From Setoptus koraiensis (taxonomy: Eukaryota; Animalia; Arthropoda), in contig CM106586.1 in NCBI GenBank assembly GCA_048013815.1, positions 19,468,001 through 19,532,000 of the forward strand: a stretch of DNA of 64,000 bases, given 5' to 3'. The notes beneath the pieces were generated by a model. The model ran no database searches, had not been told where the DNA came from, and saw nothing but the letters and a program-made list of their open reading frames with translations. Positions 11,356 to 24,700 of the stretch are shown here, piece after piece; within the stretch, counting starts at the first letter, position 1, and each line of letters opens with the position of its first letter. The translations under genes were made by a program, and so were the position numbers.

Positions 11356-13124
11356 ACTCAGCTGTGCTCGCCGGCGCTAATCTGTGTTGTTGTTGTAGTT
11401 GCGACAAGGGCCGCCAATCGCCAACGGTAATAATTATCATTGATAATCAATTCGGTTTGTTGTTGATGAAGTTTTGGCAAAACTTCGACAACAACAAACG
11501 CGACGCGACGCAACGCGCTTCAAACGGACAAACAAAGGCAGCAACACCGATAAGCGGCCGCTTGAAATTATCGCCAGACGACGCTCATCTGGCCAGTTAC
11601 ACACACCGATTGTAACAATTGTTGTGCGCTTACGTAACAGTTGGGCGGTGTGCGAGCCGAGTCACGACACGACAGCGTCGTTGGCGCTTGTTCGCCAAAT
11701 GGCCGACTGGCCGCTGATAAGTTATTCACACGTTGATCACTCTGAAATAGATGTGATTTACGAGATATCGCGACCCTCTAATCGCACTGCGCCGGACACT
11801 GCGCTGGACACTGCGCTGCGATCGGGGGCTAGCGCACTCAGGTGATTACAGCGCCGGTTGTTGTCGCGTTGAATTACATATTATTATTAATATTTTTGTT
11901 TGTGATTATGTAACGTAAACTGTGCGCGACCGGACAGCCCAGCGAACACATGTCGCCTGCTTCCTTGTGCCCGGACGGCGGGTCGGCGGACGGCGGGTCG
12001 GCGGTCGGGTGTTGAGACTTTCGCGCCTCGTTATACATATCGCGGGCGCCATCGGGCTCGGGCATCAAGTGCTCACTGAAAATCTCGTAATGCAATCAGC
12101 TCAAAATGCCACATTACGCGCATATCTTGTGCGCTGTCTAATTAGTTGTTGCGCAACTGCTAATGACAACCAACAACTAACGTTCTGTGCTCGGCTGATT
12201 GTAGATGATTAGTGCCCAAACATGAATATTGCCAGCCTTGCAAATGCCTAATTAACGCGCTCATTGGCTCGCAAGCCGGCAACCAGCCAATTATTTGTAT
12301 CTCCTCACCTGTATGATCAACTCACCTGTATGATCAACTCGCCTGTATCAACTCACCTGGATAATGCACCTGTATCAGCCAGGTGAGCCTGCCTAATAGT
12401 GTGCACGATATGTGCATGCGCTGTCGGGTCGCATGGCCGCCGACAGGTAACACGATAGCTGGGGCCCGTGAGCTGGTGACAGATGAATTGCAATTGCGCA
12501 ACAATTGCCACTATTGAGTGCGATATTCGTGCGATCATTATTATATTCGCCGACTAGCCATGACCCCAGCGGTTCAACTGCAGTTGTTACTGCCAACGGC
12601 TGATTTAACAGCGCGATTTAATTCAAAGATTTAATTTTGCATGTGCACATAATGTGCTACAATATGCAAATATGTTTTTGTCCAGTCGGGATGTCGTCGT
12701 CAAGTGTCGTTGCGCTAAAAGCGTTCAGCTTTTACACGCTGCCTTTTACATTGTTGGCCCGTTTCGATGGGCCAACAATGTTTCGTTGGCTCGACGCCTT
12801 CGACTGGCCCAGCGACAAGCGGCCACAATACATACAATATATGACGCCACACTGACCATAAGTCCTCTGGCACAGGTCGGCGCGGCTCGAAAAGCCGGCC
12901 ACTCGACCGTTTAGCCAGCGAGCAGGGTCCAGGGGCAGTTTCGCTGACAAGCGGACACAACAAGTATTTTGTAACAACAAAATACCCAACAGACCAACTT
13001 TACGAGAGAGCCCGTTATGAACGAGAGAGCCCGTTATGAAATGACAAGCAGATGATATGCAAATTGCACTGGGCCGAACAACGGGAATGTCGTTGTTTCA
13101 ATTAGCGACGGTCATTAATGTCAA

Positions 13125-13760
13125 TTAATTTGTTGCATTGTTGCTGCTGTTGCTGTTGCGCAACAACAACACGGTTGATGTCGGCGGCGGTGGTTGCTGT
13201 TGTTGCAAATGCGCCAACGAGGCCACTGATACCACGAAAAGCATTGTGCGAGTCTCGGCTCGCAGTCCGTTAACCGTGCACCAATTGACCACACTCGCTC
13301 TCAGTTGTTGTTGTTGCTGTTGTTGTGCTGTTGTTGCGTTGTTGTTGCTGTTGTTGTGTTGTTGTTGTGTTGTTGTTGTTGCAGCTGTGGCTGCTGTTGC
13401 GCAACACCACAGCAGCGGCAACAACAGTAACAACAACAACAGCAAGACCGTTGTGTTGTTGCGGTGCTGCCATGGCAACCGTGGCCGCTCGCTGCACCAC
13501 ACTCGTGGCTTGACCGACTCACGGCACTTCTGTCAGTCTCGTCACAACTCACACACACACGCACACACACACACACACTGCGCTGTCTTGTTAGTGACCA
13601 CAGGTTAACAAAAGGTAAACAAACAAAAGTTGCGCAATGCCCACACACAAATGTAGTTGTCATATGTAAATTGTTGTTGTTGTTGTTGTTGTATGAGGTT
13701 TCTCGCTTCATTTGCTGGTATTGTTGTTGTTGTTGATACTGTTGTCGTTGCTGCTCATTG
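13125..13760. repeat. Compound (TTG/CTG/CAA) trinucleotide and (CA)n low-complexity region
   Basis: Interleaved TTG/CTG runs, CAA runs and a CA tract. These generate several spurious poly-C/L/Q/N/T ORFs. Confidence 0.85.
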
Positions 13761-14105
13761 GAGTGCTCATTCGGGCTCATTTAGTCTATTTAGACTGCTA
13801 ATTTAGAGCGTTTTGCGTGTGCGTTTGTGCTGGCCACAACAAACACCAATCGCTGTCACCTTGCCTGACACCTGACTCACCTGGCCAACAAGCTGCTTGT
13901 AAGTAGCTTGCCAGCGAGTTACAAGTTGTGTGACCGCTGCCCAGTGCCAGTGACAGCCGCAGAAACAAAAGTCAGCTGTTGTTACAATTGTTTGTTTACC
14001 TGTTAAATTGTATTTGTTGGCCAGAGAGTGCAAGAGAGTTTAAAGTGCAGCCACTAACTAACAAAATCTCGTATCTGAGCACAGGTGAGCCACAGTCACC
14101 AGATT

Positions 14106-14157
14106 GTTGTGTCCAGCCAATTGGTTGTGTCCAGCCAATTGGTTGTGTCCAGCCAAT
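14106..14157. repeat. 18-bp tandem repeat x~3 (GTTGTGTCCAGCCAATTG), containing CCAAT
   Basis: Read directly. Confidence 0.9.
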
Positions 14158-15094
14158 GCAAGCAGCATATTGGCCTATATGGTGACAAGATGGCTCTCAC
14201 GCCGTTATCTTCGCAGCATCTAAATGGCCTCTCACTGACGTTATCAGTGGCCGTATCAGTGGCCGTATCAGTCGCTGAATCACTTGCTATGTCAGTTGCG
14301 ATCTCACCTGCGGTATCGCCTACAAATCCCTTACGAAACTTGCCAAATACACGCCAAATAACGAGAAGATCCGCTTCAATTGCACCGGCCACTTGCCGGC
14401 CTCTCTAATTGAGAATCTCCATTGCTTCATTTGCATCCACGAAATTTGCGCCCCGCTCATTCGACAGGTGATTCGACAGGCCACACATTGCCGTCGAGTG
14501 GCTCGCAGTGAGTCAGTGAGCGCTAATCAGCTTACGTAATCGGCTCACCTTGTTATCTATGTTGCGTCATCGTGTGTGCGCTGTCACAAATTGCTCAGGT
14601 GACTCACATGAGCGGCCGCGCTTCGGACAAATTGACGGACAGCACTTTTTATTAGCATTATGTAATCGCTGTTAGTATGTTAGCTGTGTCGGTATGTTAT
14701 TATCTCTGTTAGTGTGTTATCTCTGTTGACCATCACGGTGTCATGTACGCACTTTGTTTGCATTTGCATACCTATTTACATAAGCGCGACTGCATCATCG
14801 CTCGGTAGTGACGCGCTCATTGAAATTGACTATGAAATGAGCGGTCGTTTTTGACAAGTTTCACCATTGAATTATTAATTTTTTGTTTATTAATTATTCT
14901 GTTAATGTTGCGCAACTGTACGTTGACGTTGTGTGCAACTGGTGGTTGCTCGTTTGTTGTTGGTTGGCCGGCTCTAGCGAGTCGACATTGATAACGCATT
15001 GACAATAACGCGCATCGATGCTAATTGGCTCGAACAGCCATCCATCATCAATGATGTTGGAGCGGGCAAAAAGTGGACACTAACAGCCTGCGAG

Positions 15095-15160
15095 TTACCT
15101 GTAACTTACCTGTAACTTACCTGCAACTTACCTGCAACTTACCTGCAACTTACCTGTAAG
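15095..15160. repeat. 11-bp tandem repeat x6 (TTACCTGYAAC)
   Basis: Read directly. The minus strand reads TT(A/G)CAGGTAAGT in five junctions. Confidence 0.95.
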
Positions 15161-15972
15161 TTGCGGGCTGTGAGCAGTAGCGGTCACTGGGACACTTTGC
15201 TAACGAGCGGCAATATTCAATTGGCCATTTCGGGCCAAAAAAGAAACCATTTTTAATTGGCGAAATGAATTGTTTGCCTCACAAGGCTGCCGCTGCCCAT
15301 CAGCACTAATTCGGCTCGCTTGCTCGTTTCCGGTTCAACGTGAGCCCTCTGAGAGCGCTCGCAAAGTGCGCCAATCTGGCGATAAAAGGGCACGATTAAG
15401 AGGCGAGATATGTTCGCCAGTTGTTGTTGATGCTGTTGTTGCGCTGTTGTTGCGCTGTTGTTGCGCTGTTGTTGCGCTGTTGTTGGCGCTGTTGTTGATG
15501 CCGTCGTTGCCGGTTTAACGAGATACGGAAATCATTACGGTGTGTGAGTGCGATGACAAAAGGATTGCATTGTTGCGTAAGTGTTGTCTGGCCGCCATTG
15601 GCCGCTATTGGAGTGGCCGAGTGCGGCCAGGTAAATAGCGAGGAATAAACAAACAACACACAAGGCAAGACAAAATGATGCAATGATGCAATGATGCCAC
15701 ATAAACATGACAGCAGATAAGCTGATGGATCAGCTGATTGTATCATCGTGGTCAGCATGGTCGTCATTGTGCTCGTCACTGTCGTCTCATGACACAATCA
15801 TGGGCAGTAACAGTCGCAGCGGCATCGTACGACGCGGATGATACACACGCAGTGATGTGGCAGCGATGAAAAAGGGATCAAAACAACAACAAACATCGGG
15901 AAGTCCTATTATTGATAGTGCCTTTGTAGTGCGACACACAGTCCGCTTGCTCCGTTGCTGTTGTTGCTGTTA

Positions 15973-16032
15973 TTGCATCACTCTATCAGTTGCGTCACTC
16001 TATCAGTTGCGTCACTCTATCAGTTGCATCAC
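15973..16032. repeat. 17-bp tandem repeat x3.5 (TTGCRTCACTCTATCAG)
   Basis: Read directly. Confidence 0.9.
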
Positions 16033-17187
16033 AAGCGCGTCTTGCCAAGCGCGTCTTGCCATGTTTGTCTAACAGTTCGTTTGTAAGCGAGCTGGCGGCA
16101 AGACCAATAGAGAGACCGAGAGAGAGAGAGAGAGAGAGAGACCGAGAGAGACAAGAGCGGTTGTTTTAGGAGCAACAAGTGTCAGAAATTGGCGGCTGAT
16201 TATGATCGATTAAATGTAGATGAATGACGCGCATCATTTTGGCCACTTTGGCCAGTTTGGCCAGCTAGCGGCCACTTAGCAACCGCATGTGTCCGGTGTG
16301 TGCATTCAAATGGCTACGATGTGGCTCGGACCTCGCCACTCTAACACTACACATACACTATACACTCTGTACATAGGCCGCTACACATTACGTGACAGGC
16401 GCCAACAAGTGTTACAGTGCCCATTACACAATACCCAATACACCTGATCCATGATGATGCAATATCCAATTTCCACTTTTATTGCTACGTAACTCTCTCT
16501 GTGGCTGCTGGCCACAGAGTAACCCGTTGCATCGCTGCCTGTCGCAACAATACCTGTTGTAACGTTACCTGTAAACAAACTACTACAACTGGCACAAATA
16601 CTGCAACTACTAGAGGCGGATGTGCAGCGCCACTTGTTGTTGTTGAGTTGGTGGCGTTGCGTAAGCCGCTAGCCGCTTCCAGATGCCGGCTGCGCAATTG
16701 ATGCCACGCAATTGTTGTTGTTGTTGTTGTTGTTGTCGTCGTCGTCGTCGTCGTTGCGTAACAGTGCGGTTATGTAACAGTCATCAGTTTGTGGACCAGT
16801 CACAATTCGATTACAGATGATGTTGGTACTGGCGCATACAACTGCTATTACTAATCGCACATTTGACGCCCGATTGTTCCAAACGATGACGCAGATCATC
16901 TCAAACTGATCAGCTGACATGAGCTTGTTGCCGTTGCATAATAATAACAGGCTGCCGAATGATGAGGTGTTGATCAGCTTGACATTGTTGTTGTTGCTGC
17001 TGCTGTTGCTGTTGGTCAACGACAACAACAATGTCGATGATGAGCATCAATAATTGGTAATAAGTTGGTGGTTGCGTCGCCCGGCGCCATTAGCTTTTCA
17101 CCAGGTGGCGTTGGCATGGTGATGCTGGACAGTCGCCTAGTGAGCTGCTAGCAGCAACCCTCACAATGCACAATCACAACTGTTGCA

Positions 17188-17188
<1 letters not shown>

Positions 17189-17236
<48 letters not shown>
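17189..17236. repeat. (TTG)16 microsatellite
   Basis: Perfect run. Confidence 0.95.
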
Positions 17237-17237
<1 letters not shown>

Positions 17238-20200
17238 GCCGCAACATCGATCATATGATCATATTATCAACAGCGAGCTATAAGTTTGTTGTCAGCTATG
17301 AGCCGGGCACGAAGACGAGCTAAAATACCTGTGATACAGTTATGTAACACCATGCAGTTATAATGCAGTTATTATATATTATATAGAAACACAGTTATAG
17401 TTATAGTGAATATAAATACACACACCAACCGCTACACCGCGCAACCAGACGCAAACTGACGTTGCGTCATCATGTTCTGTCCTGTCACACAGGATTTTGC
17501 ACAGGTGAGGCGCTCACACAGGTGAGCGGTCTAACTGGCTCTATTTGTGGCATGGCTGACAATGTGTGAACGGCCAAATCGATTTGGCTTGGCCAGCCAA
17601 CAGCAACGACAAGCGCTCACTTTCGCTCTCGAATCGCTGGCGCATTGTCCACAAGTGGCCAGCGATGGCCAGTATGAGGCAACGTTGCATTCACGCCACC
17701 ATGTCTCATGTTGTGTCGGCATCTATCCGTTTTGCGGCGTCCACGCCACCAATTGAAACGAGTGACCATCAGCCGACATGCCAATCGATTGGCGAGATTG
17801 GCTCGACGGGCGCGCATTTCCGCTCCAAAATTCCGCTCCAAAATTTCGCTACGAAATTCCGTTACAGAATTGCGCTCCAAAATTCATGTGCGCAATTGAA
17901 TGCGGAAAATGTCGATGATGTAAAACACAAACACAAGGCAAGTTTATTCCGGCCAGGCACCACCAAGCTGCCACAATCCATGCCCGCTTGGCCAGTGTCA
18001 CGCTAGTCGCATTGCCAGTGTGATGCTAGTGACGACGACGACGACAAAATGTCTCGTTTCATCGAGTGGCCGGCCCCAAATATTATAATAATGTACCGTA
18101 TATCGCATTGCGCAATTGAATGACAAATGGGCTTTGGCCCTCTGGCGGCGGAATTTGACGCACTAAGAATTAGAGCACAATGTAAGATGTGATTTATGCT
18201 CTCCCGAGTTGAGACTGCTGCCAACCTGTTGGCTCGCTCATGCTATCCGTCTTGTGCTGGTGCCTTGCTTGTGCCGGATGCGCATTTTACACAATTACAA
18301 ACTGTTTAAACATAAAACCGACTGGCTCGTTAGTATAACTGCTTCTTTATTTGGTCTGGCTGGTTGCATTTGGAGTGGCTCACAAGCCAGGCTGACAAGT
18401 CGCCAGTGCGGCCACAATAACGAATGAAGCTGAATAATGACAGGTGAAAGTGCTCGTTTCTTGGTTCAATTGCAACGAATTGCAACGAATCCAACGAACC
18501 CAACGAATCCAACGAATTGAACCAAGAAACGAAGCGCCAGTCGAAAAGACCAAAACAAAATGAAATTACGCGCCCAACTCAATGGTCAATCGATTCGCAT
18601 CGTCGGCAACCGGATGGGTCAAGTTTGAGTTTCACACATGAACAATGATCCCGTTTGGGTTGCTCTCAATGCGCACACAAACTGCTGTGCAAATTGTTGA
18701 ATGGCTGGTTAAATTTGTTGTGCCTGTTATATCGCAACAACACACAAAAATTATGCATAGCAAGCGAGCAGCATTATGGCAATTATACCATTGGTTAGAC
18801 CGTATTTCGCCGCATTCCATTTGACTATATGAATGATGCAACTGTCTAAGTGATATAACTGTATAAATGATGATCCGACTGTCTAAATGATATAACTGCA
18901 TCAATGATAAAACTGTATAAATGATGCAACTATTGTGCGCATCATTTATACAGTTTTATTGTTGTTGTTTGTTGTTGGCAGCGGTGTGGCGCATGCCCGA
19001 AAAGTTCTAGGTCATGTGTGTCCAGTAGCCAGATAATTAATAATTCATCTATGACGTAACCACCGTTAGCTGGCCCTAACGAGTCACTAGCAGTGACGGT
19101 CTGACCGGCTCAACTGGACAACGGAACGGACAGCAAGCAAACAAACAAGCAACGGTCATTGACTTGTCCGATTCGTTATATTGCAATGTTGCATTGCATT
19201 GCATCATCATATTAGATTACATTATCGTATTATATTATTGGCGCAACAATGATGTGCGAGCCGCAATCGACGGGCCCCAACGAGAGCGGTTGCTGTATGG
19301 CCAACTCAATCGATTGGCTCATCGTTAATTATCGATTGATGTTAATTACTGCTATACCAACGTATCGCTGTGCCACTGTGCCGTTGCAAGTGCCAGTTGG
19401 CGAGCCAGTGCAAGCTCGCCAACTGGCTAGAATCACACGACAGCAAGCTTGTAATTGTTAAGGGGGCAGTTTAGTTTAGTCGAGCGCCGACAGGTGGCCG
19501 ACCAGGTGAGCGGGCGCCCCGGCAGCGAGTGAAGCGCATGCGCGCGAATCAACATTGCACCAACAACAGCGTGAGCAAGCTAACTGGCGTTTGGCGTTTG
19601 GCGTTTGGCGCTTGGAGAACGCTGGACACTGCAACAATTGGAGAAGGGTAAAAGGCGAAAGTAAGCGAAACTGTGCTTGTGTTACGCAACAGTGCCATTT
19701 TGGCAAGAGGCGGGCACAGCGCGGAAAGCAAGAGTTTTCTTTGCACTCAGCTGAGTCAGCTGAGTCAGCTGACCATGCCGAGTTAGCTGGCCGAAGCAAA
19801 GTGGCTGCCCAGTGGCCAGTGAAAGTGTTACCGTGCAAGCGTACCGTTACAGTTATAGAGCGCACCGTTAGACGAGCGTTGGCAAGCGACAGGCGAGAGA
19901 TTGCATAGAGGGCGCGATTGATGTGCGCGCGAGTAAATCAATAATAATCTGTATCATCTTCTACGCAACACTTTGCGTTACTTGCGTCACCTTACAACTC
20001 ACCTGTGTGTTTGTGTGTGTTGAGCCGAAGCTTCTTAGCGCGCGCCCAACAACAACAACAACAACAACAGCGACAACAACAACAGCAACAACAACAGCGA
20101 CAACAACAGCAGCAACAACGACAGCAGCTCAGTTAGTTATTGGGCACTGGCCAGCGCTGAGGTCTCAATCAAGCTCACCTAAGCAAGCAAATGAGTGCAA

Positions 20201-21657
20201 GCAAAGATCAAACAGACTCATCAATTGCGAGTAAATCTCACTCATTGTCAATCGTCGTCCCAGCCGAGTCGTCATTCAAATTTGTACGCCACACCGACAC
20301 CGACAGCCACAACAACAACAAATGAACAATTTACGCACGCTTGCGAACGTAACATTTATTTATTATTTAAATATTTAATTATATTCACAATTGTCAGTTG
20401 TCAGCAGCAGCAAACGATAGTAAAAGTTGGTGCAAAATATCAAAGTGATCGACACAAGCCGCACACACACACTCAAGTACAGAGCTGATAATTGTGAGAT
20501 ATTTCATTCAAGCGGATGTGTCATACTCGCTGGCCGTTACATAATCAATAATAAGCACAGTGTCACGAGCAAACCAAGCAAGCATCGCATTTCGCAAACA
20601 TCCCATTCGCCCAACAGCAGCACCCATTCAGAGCCCATATAGAGGCTCTTTAATAGAGCGAAATAGAGCACCGCGAATATACCAGAAACAGGGAATCGGC
20701 CGACCGGACGACGAGGCATCGCATCGCAAACATCACAATGGCACCCCAGATTGACACGTCCCGGCACAGGGCAACAGGGTGTTGGTGGCGCAGAAAATCG
20801 CCAGCATCGGGTAAGTTGATCGGCGCTACAAGAGCCCCAAACAGTCAGTCATTCAGCTGGACCTTGTATCTATAGTTATACATATAGTTAGACTTATAGT
20901 TGTCTAGTGGCGGTTAGTTGGTGTCACTTTCAGGCTGAAAGTTTCAGCGCGATTATTACGCGATTCGATACAATGATGTTGGCTCGAAATTGGTCTCGTG
21001 TCTGTCGCGTCTCACGGCTAATTAGCGCGCCCGACGGCGGAGGGATATGTGCTCAAAATAATGATAATTACAATGATAATATTCTGTGAACTGTGAACGA
21101 CGAGCGGATATTTTTAGTTGGACTGGGCGAGTGAGCTGCCGGCCGCAATGAACAGTGTGCTGAACAGGTGAGTTGGCTTTGCGACATGTTAACGGGATGC
21201 AAACAACACGACAGGTTGCTCGCTCGCTCGCTCGCTAACATGCAGCTCGAGCCGACAAGACAAGCTGTCAGCTGAGACAAAGTGGCCAGTGGTGTCATCA
21301 TGCGAACGCGGCATGACGCAATGACGCAATGATATTAATACATGCGAATATAAAAGTATGAGAGAAGTTGTTATACAGCGAGAGCTTGCCGACAGTTGAG
21401 AGCCCGCATCGTGGCCCGACGTTATTTTGCAACAGCGGCAGCGGCATTGTTGCAACGACAGCAGCAGCAGCAGCGTATTATAGCAGCCCATTATTCGGGT
21501 ATTACGCAACGCAACGCAACGCACCGAATGCAAAGTTGCATAATACTGTTGCCTGTTGCGTAATACTGTTGCCTCGGCTCAAGTTGCGCCCGAAGTTTAG
21601 ACAAACCGATGATACAGTTTAGTTGTCGACTGGCTGTCAGAAGCTCGCCACTCGACT

Positions 21658-21661
<4 letters not shown>

Positions 21662-21717
<56 letters not shown>
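21662..21717. repeat. (TG)28 microsatellite
   Basis: Perfect run; its first bases overlap a CTCACCTG site. Confidence 0.95.
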
Positions 21718-21718
<1 letters not shown>

Positions 21719-24700
21719 TCTCAAGTGGCGCCGGAGTCATGCGTGCAGTGTGAGTTTAGTTGCGTAACAGTTGTGTTTGGTGTGCTGCGACAATGATGCA
21801 GCTCAATTGTCAGCAGAAGCGCGCTCTCTCTTTGGGCCGCTTCTTTGCTTTGTTTGGCGCGCACAACAACAACGACAACGACGACAACAACGACAACAGC
21901 GACAACAACGACAGCAACAACAGCAACAACAGCAACAACAGCAACAACAATGGAGAGTTGTGATGCTTGCTTAGCACGCGAAACTAATTGTCATCCTATA
22001 CTAATAATGACGCAACAACTATCTCAACTAGCAATCTCTTGTCAGTTGCCAAGACTGCTGCCGAGGCTGCCGCCGCCGCTGCTGCTGCTGCTGATATGCA
22101 AATTTCACCTGTGCGAATAGTAGTGGTAGTAGTAGTTGTGAGAATTGTCTAGCAGCATCGGCCAACAAACAACAGCCAGCCAACTTGCGCAACAACCGAA
22201 CGGCCACTTGCCCAACTGACCATTGGTTGTGACGGAAGTGAGCGAAACTGCCGCTATTTTACCTGTTCATGCAGGATGCACCGTTGCACCGTTGCACCAT
22301 TGCACCATTGCACCATTGCATCACAAGCGCCGATGCGCCGCCATTGAGCGGTAGTTATCTAAAGATCACATTGTCATACATAACAGTTATCGTACAAACA
22401 TATGACAATAACTCTCACAATTGCGACAATGCCGGCAATATCGCGCCCAAACCAGCCGACTCCCATCGGCTCCCGTTGGCTCCCATTGGCTCCCGTTGAC
22501 TTCAATTGGATTCCGGTTGCTCCCATTGGCTTATGGGAGGCCAACGACGGCGCCTCGCTGCACACTCGACGGGGCGCTCGATCCGAATCAGCGTATCAGC
22601 AGCCCGAATTGAGAACGGTGCAAAATATTAGTACTAATAATATCCGGCTCACAATAGCGCATTATGCAGCCGCAGCGAAATGATGTAACCCGTTATGCAC
22701 ACACAAATGCAAACAATCTAATATGATGAAATTGTTGTCGCAACGCCGCCTAGCAGCCAGACAACCTATTAGATAATGTGTACACATACAAGATACACAC
22801 TATCTCACAATGATGTAATATTATGTATATATGTGCTGTATTTGCTGTAGTGGTGGTGGCTCGATGAGTGCCGGCCACAATGAACAATTTGGCCAATTTG
22901 CATAATTGCACTTGCGCGCACTAATATATACACAGATCTATACACAGATTTATAACGATGTTATATATATAACGTTATGTATATACCGTGTATACCGGTA
23001 TATTGGCTAAACGAGACGTCGGCAACGAGATGCCGGCAGCAATAAATAAATAGATATTCAATTTGGCCAAGTGTGCATTGTCATGGGCACATATGAATAC
23101 TATTCATTGAAAAGGGCAAACAGACCGGAAGTGTTGTTTGTTGTCACGCCTCAGACGTTTAATGTGGCTGATCAAGCGAATCAAGCGGCCAGCGATTGAT
23201 TTGCAAGAGATGAGTGGCGCCAATTACGCCATTTACCAATTCAATATTTCGTCTCGCAAATATTAAAAAATAACCTCCAGCTGCCATTGTCACGGCAACA
23301 ATGCCACCAATAGCCACATAGGGCAGCCATTGCCACGGAGCCGGACGGAAGCAAAAATATTGCCATCGTCAATTGGCGTCGATTTGCTGTCGATACGACA
23401 ATCGACAGCCAACTGGCCAATTACACGCTAATTGGGCCAGCTAATAATAATCGGCTCGCCGGCATTAGGACAGTTTAGATACATAAACAACTGATGCGAT
23501 TTTGTCGGGCCGATGGCGTTTCGGAAGCGCCGAATTGCCGAATTGCCTTGGAGGGCGCACTTTGGCTTGCATCGGGCTGCCGGCTGGGCGCTTCCTCATG
23601 GCGCCGGCGCCAAGCAAACAATAGCTCGCCCGCCCGCCCGCTATAAACCGGCCGACCGGCCAACGATGCCGGCCAGCCAGCCAGCCAGCGGGTTTATTTG
23701 TTTGTCCGGCGTTTGTGTGTCTCGACAATGGCTCAACGCAGCCGATCAGCGCAAACTGAGCTGGTCAGCAAGCACTCAGGTGAGCTCATGCGGTGACCAC
23801 GACCAACAATTGGCATCAGCACACAGTATCATAACAATGGCAATAAAACTGACACCTGAAAAGAGATCAAGCGGCTCAGCTGATGCGCTGTTGGCTGGCG
23901 TTGTTACGGCGCCGGATCGGCGAGCTTGTCAGAGCGCCCCCATCGGCGCTGGCCGTGCACACGACGCCGGGCATGAGAGCGGCCGGCTCGCGTCATTCGA
24001 GCTCGAGCCGGCTGCTGCGCCGGGTCTCTTGGCGCAGGGGGCTTCTTTTGCGCAGTGGCTGGCACAAATTGGTGGGCGCAATGTTATTGGTAAGGCCACG
24101 CGAAAAGCAATTGTCTCTCGGCTGGCACAGGCTCGCCACTGGCTCGTCGCGTGTGCCGCTGGCACACGAACGCATGCCACACGAAGCCAGCAAATGTTAC
24201 GCAACACACAACACTACTGCGTTACATAACATTTGCATACACTGTTAGTTACGTAACGGCACACACACTGTTGAGCTTGTTGGTGTGGCGCTGCGATTGG
24301 CGCTCGGCTGACGCGATTCGCTGGGTTGATTCGGTGACGCGATTCGGCGACTCTATTCGTTGTCTCGGTTCGGGCGAGTATATTCAGGCCGCGAGTGGAA
24401 GCCGCGCGAGATGCGCTCGTCCAATGAGCAATTGTCTAATTGAGCGTGACCAGCGCAAGTGCAACAAGTGCAGGGCGCGACACACACACGGCGACACACA
24501 GCGACACACACGGCGACACACGGCGACACACAGCGACACACACGGCGCAACACGAGCTCGCTTGACCACTCCAAAAGTCAACTTTTGACCAGCACAATCT
24601 AGCACGCCATTGGCAGGCACAGACGGCGCACACATTACATAATACATTATATAATAGTGTGGCATATTTTGCATACTACACTGTAGTGACTGTAGCAGCT

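Noticed and set aside
13125-13780. Overlapping 60-160-aa ORFs rich in Q, N, C, L, T
   Set aside because: All are translations of CAA/TTG/CA microsatellites in different frames; no domain and no consistent splice frame.
16669-17031. 120-aa minus-strand ORF with N/D runs
   Set aside because: Repeat-driven; neighbouring frames read equally 'protein-like'; no homology signal.
23513-24229. 238-aa plus-strand ORF
   Set aside because: Ala/Arg-rich composition typical of GC-rich non-coding DNA, includes (GCCA)n translation, probable non-ATG start, no domain.
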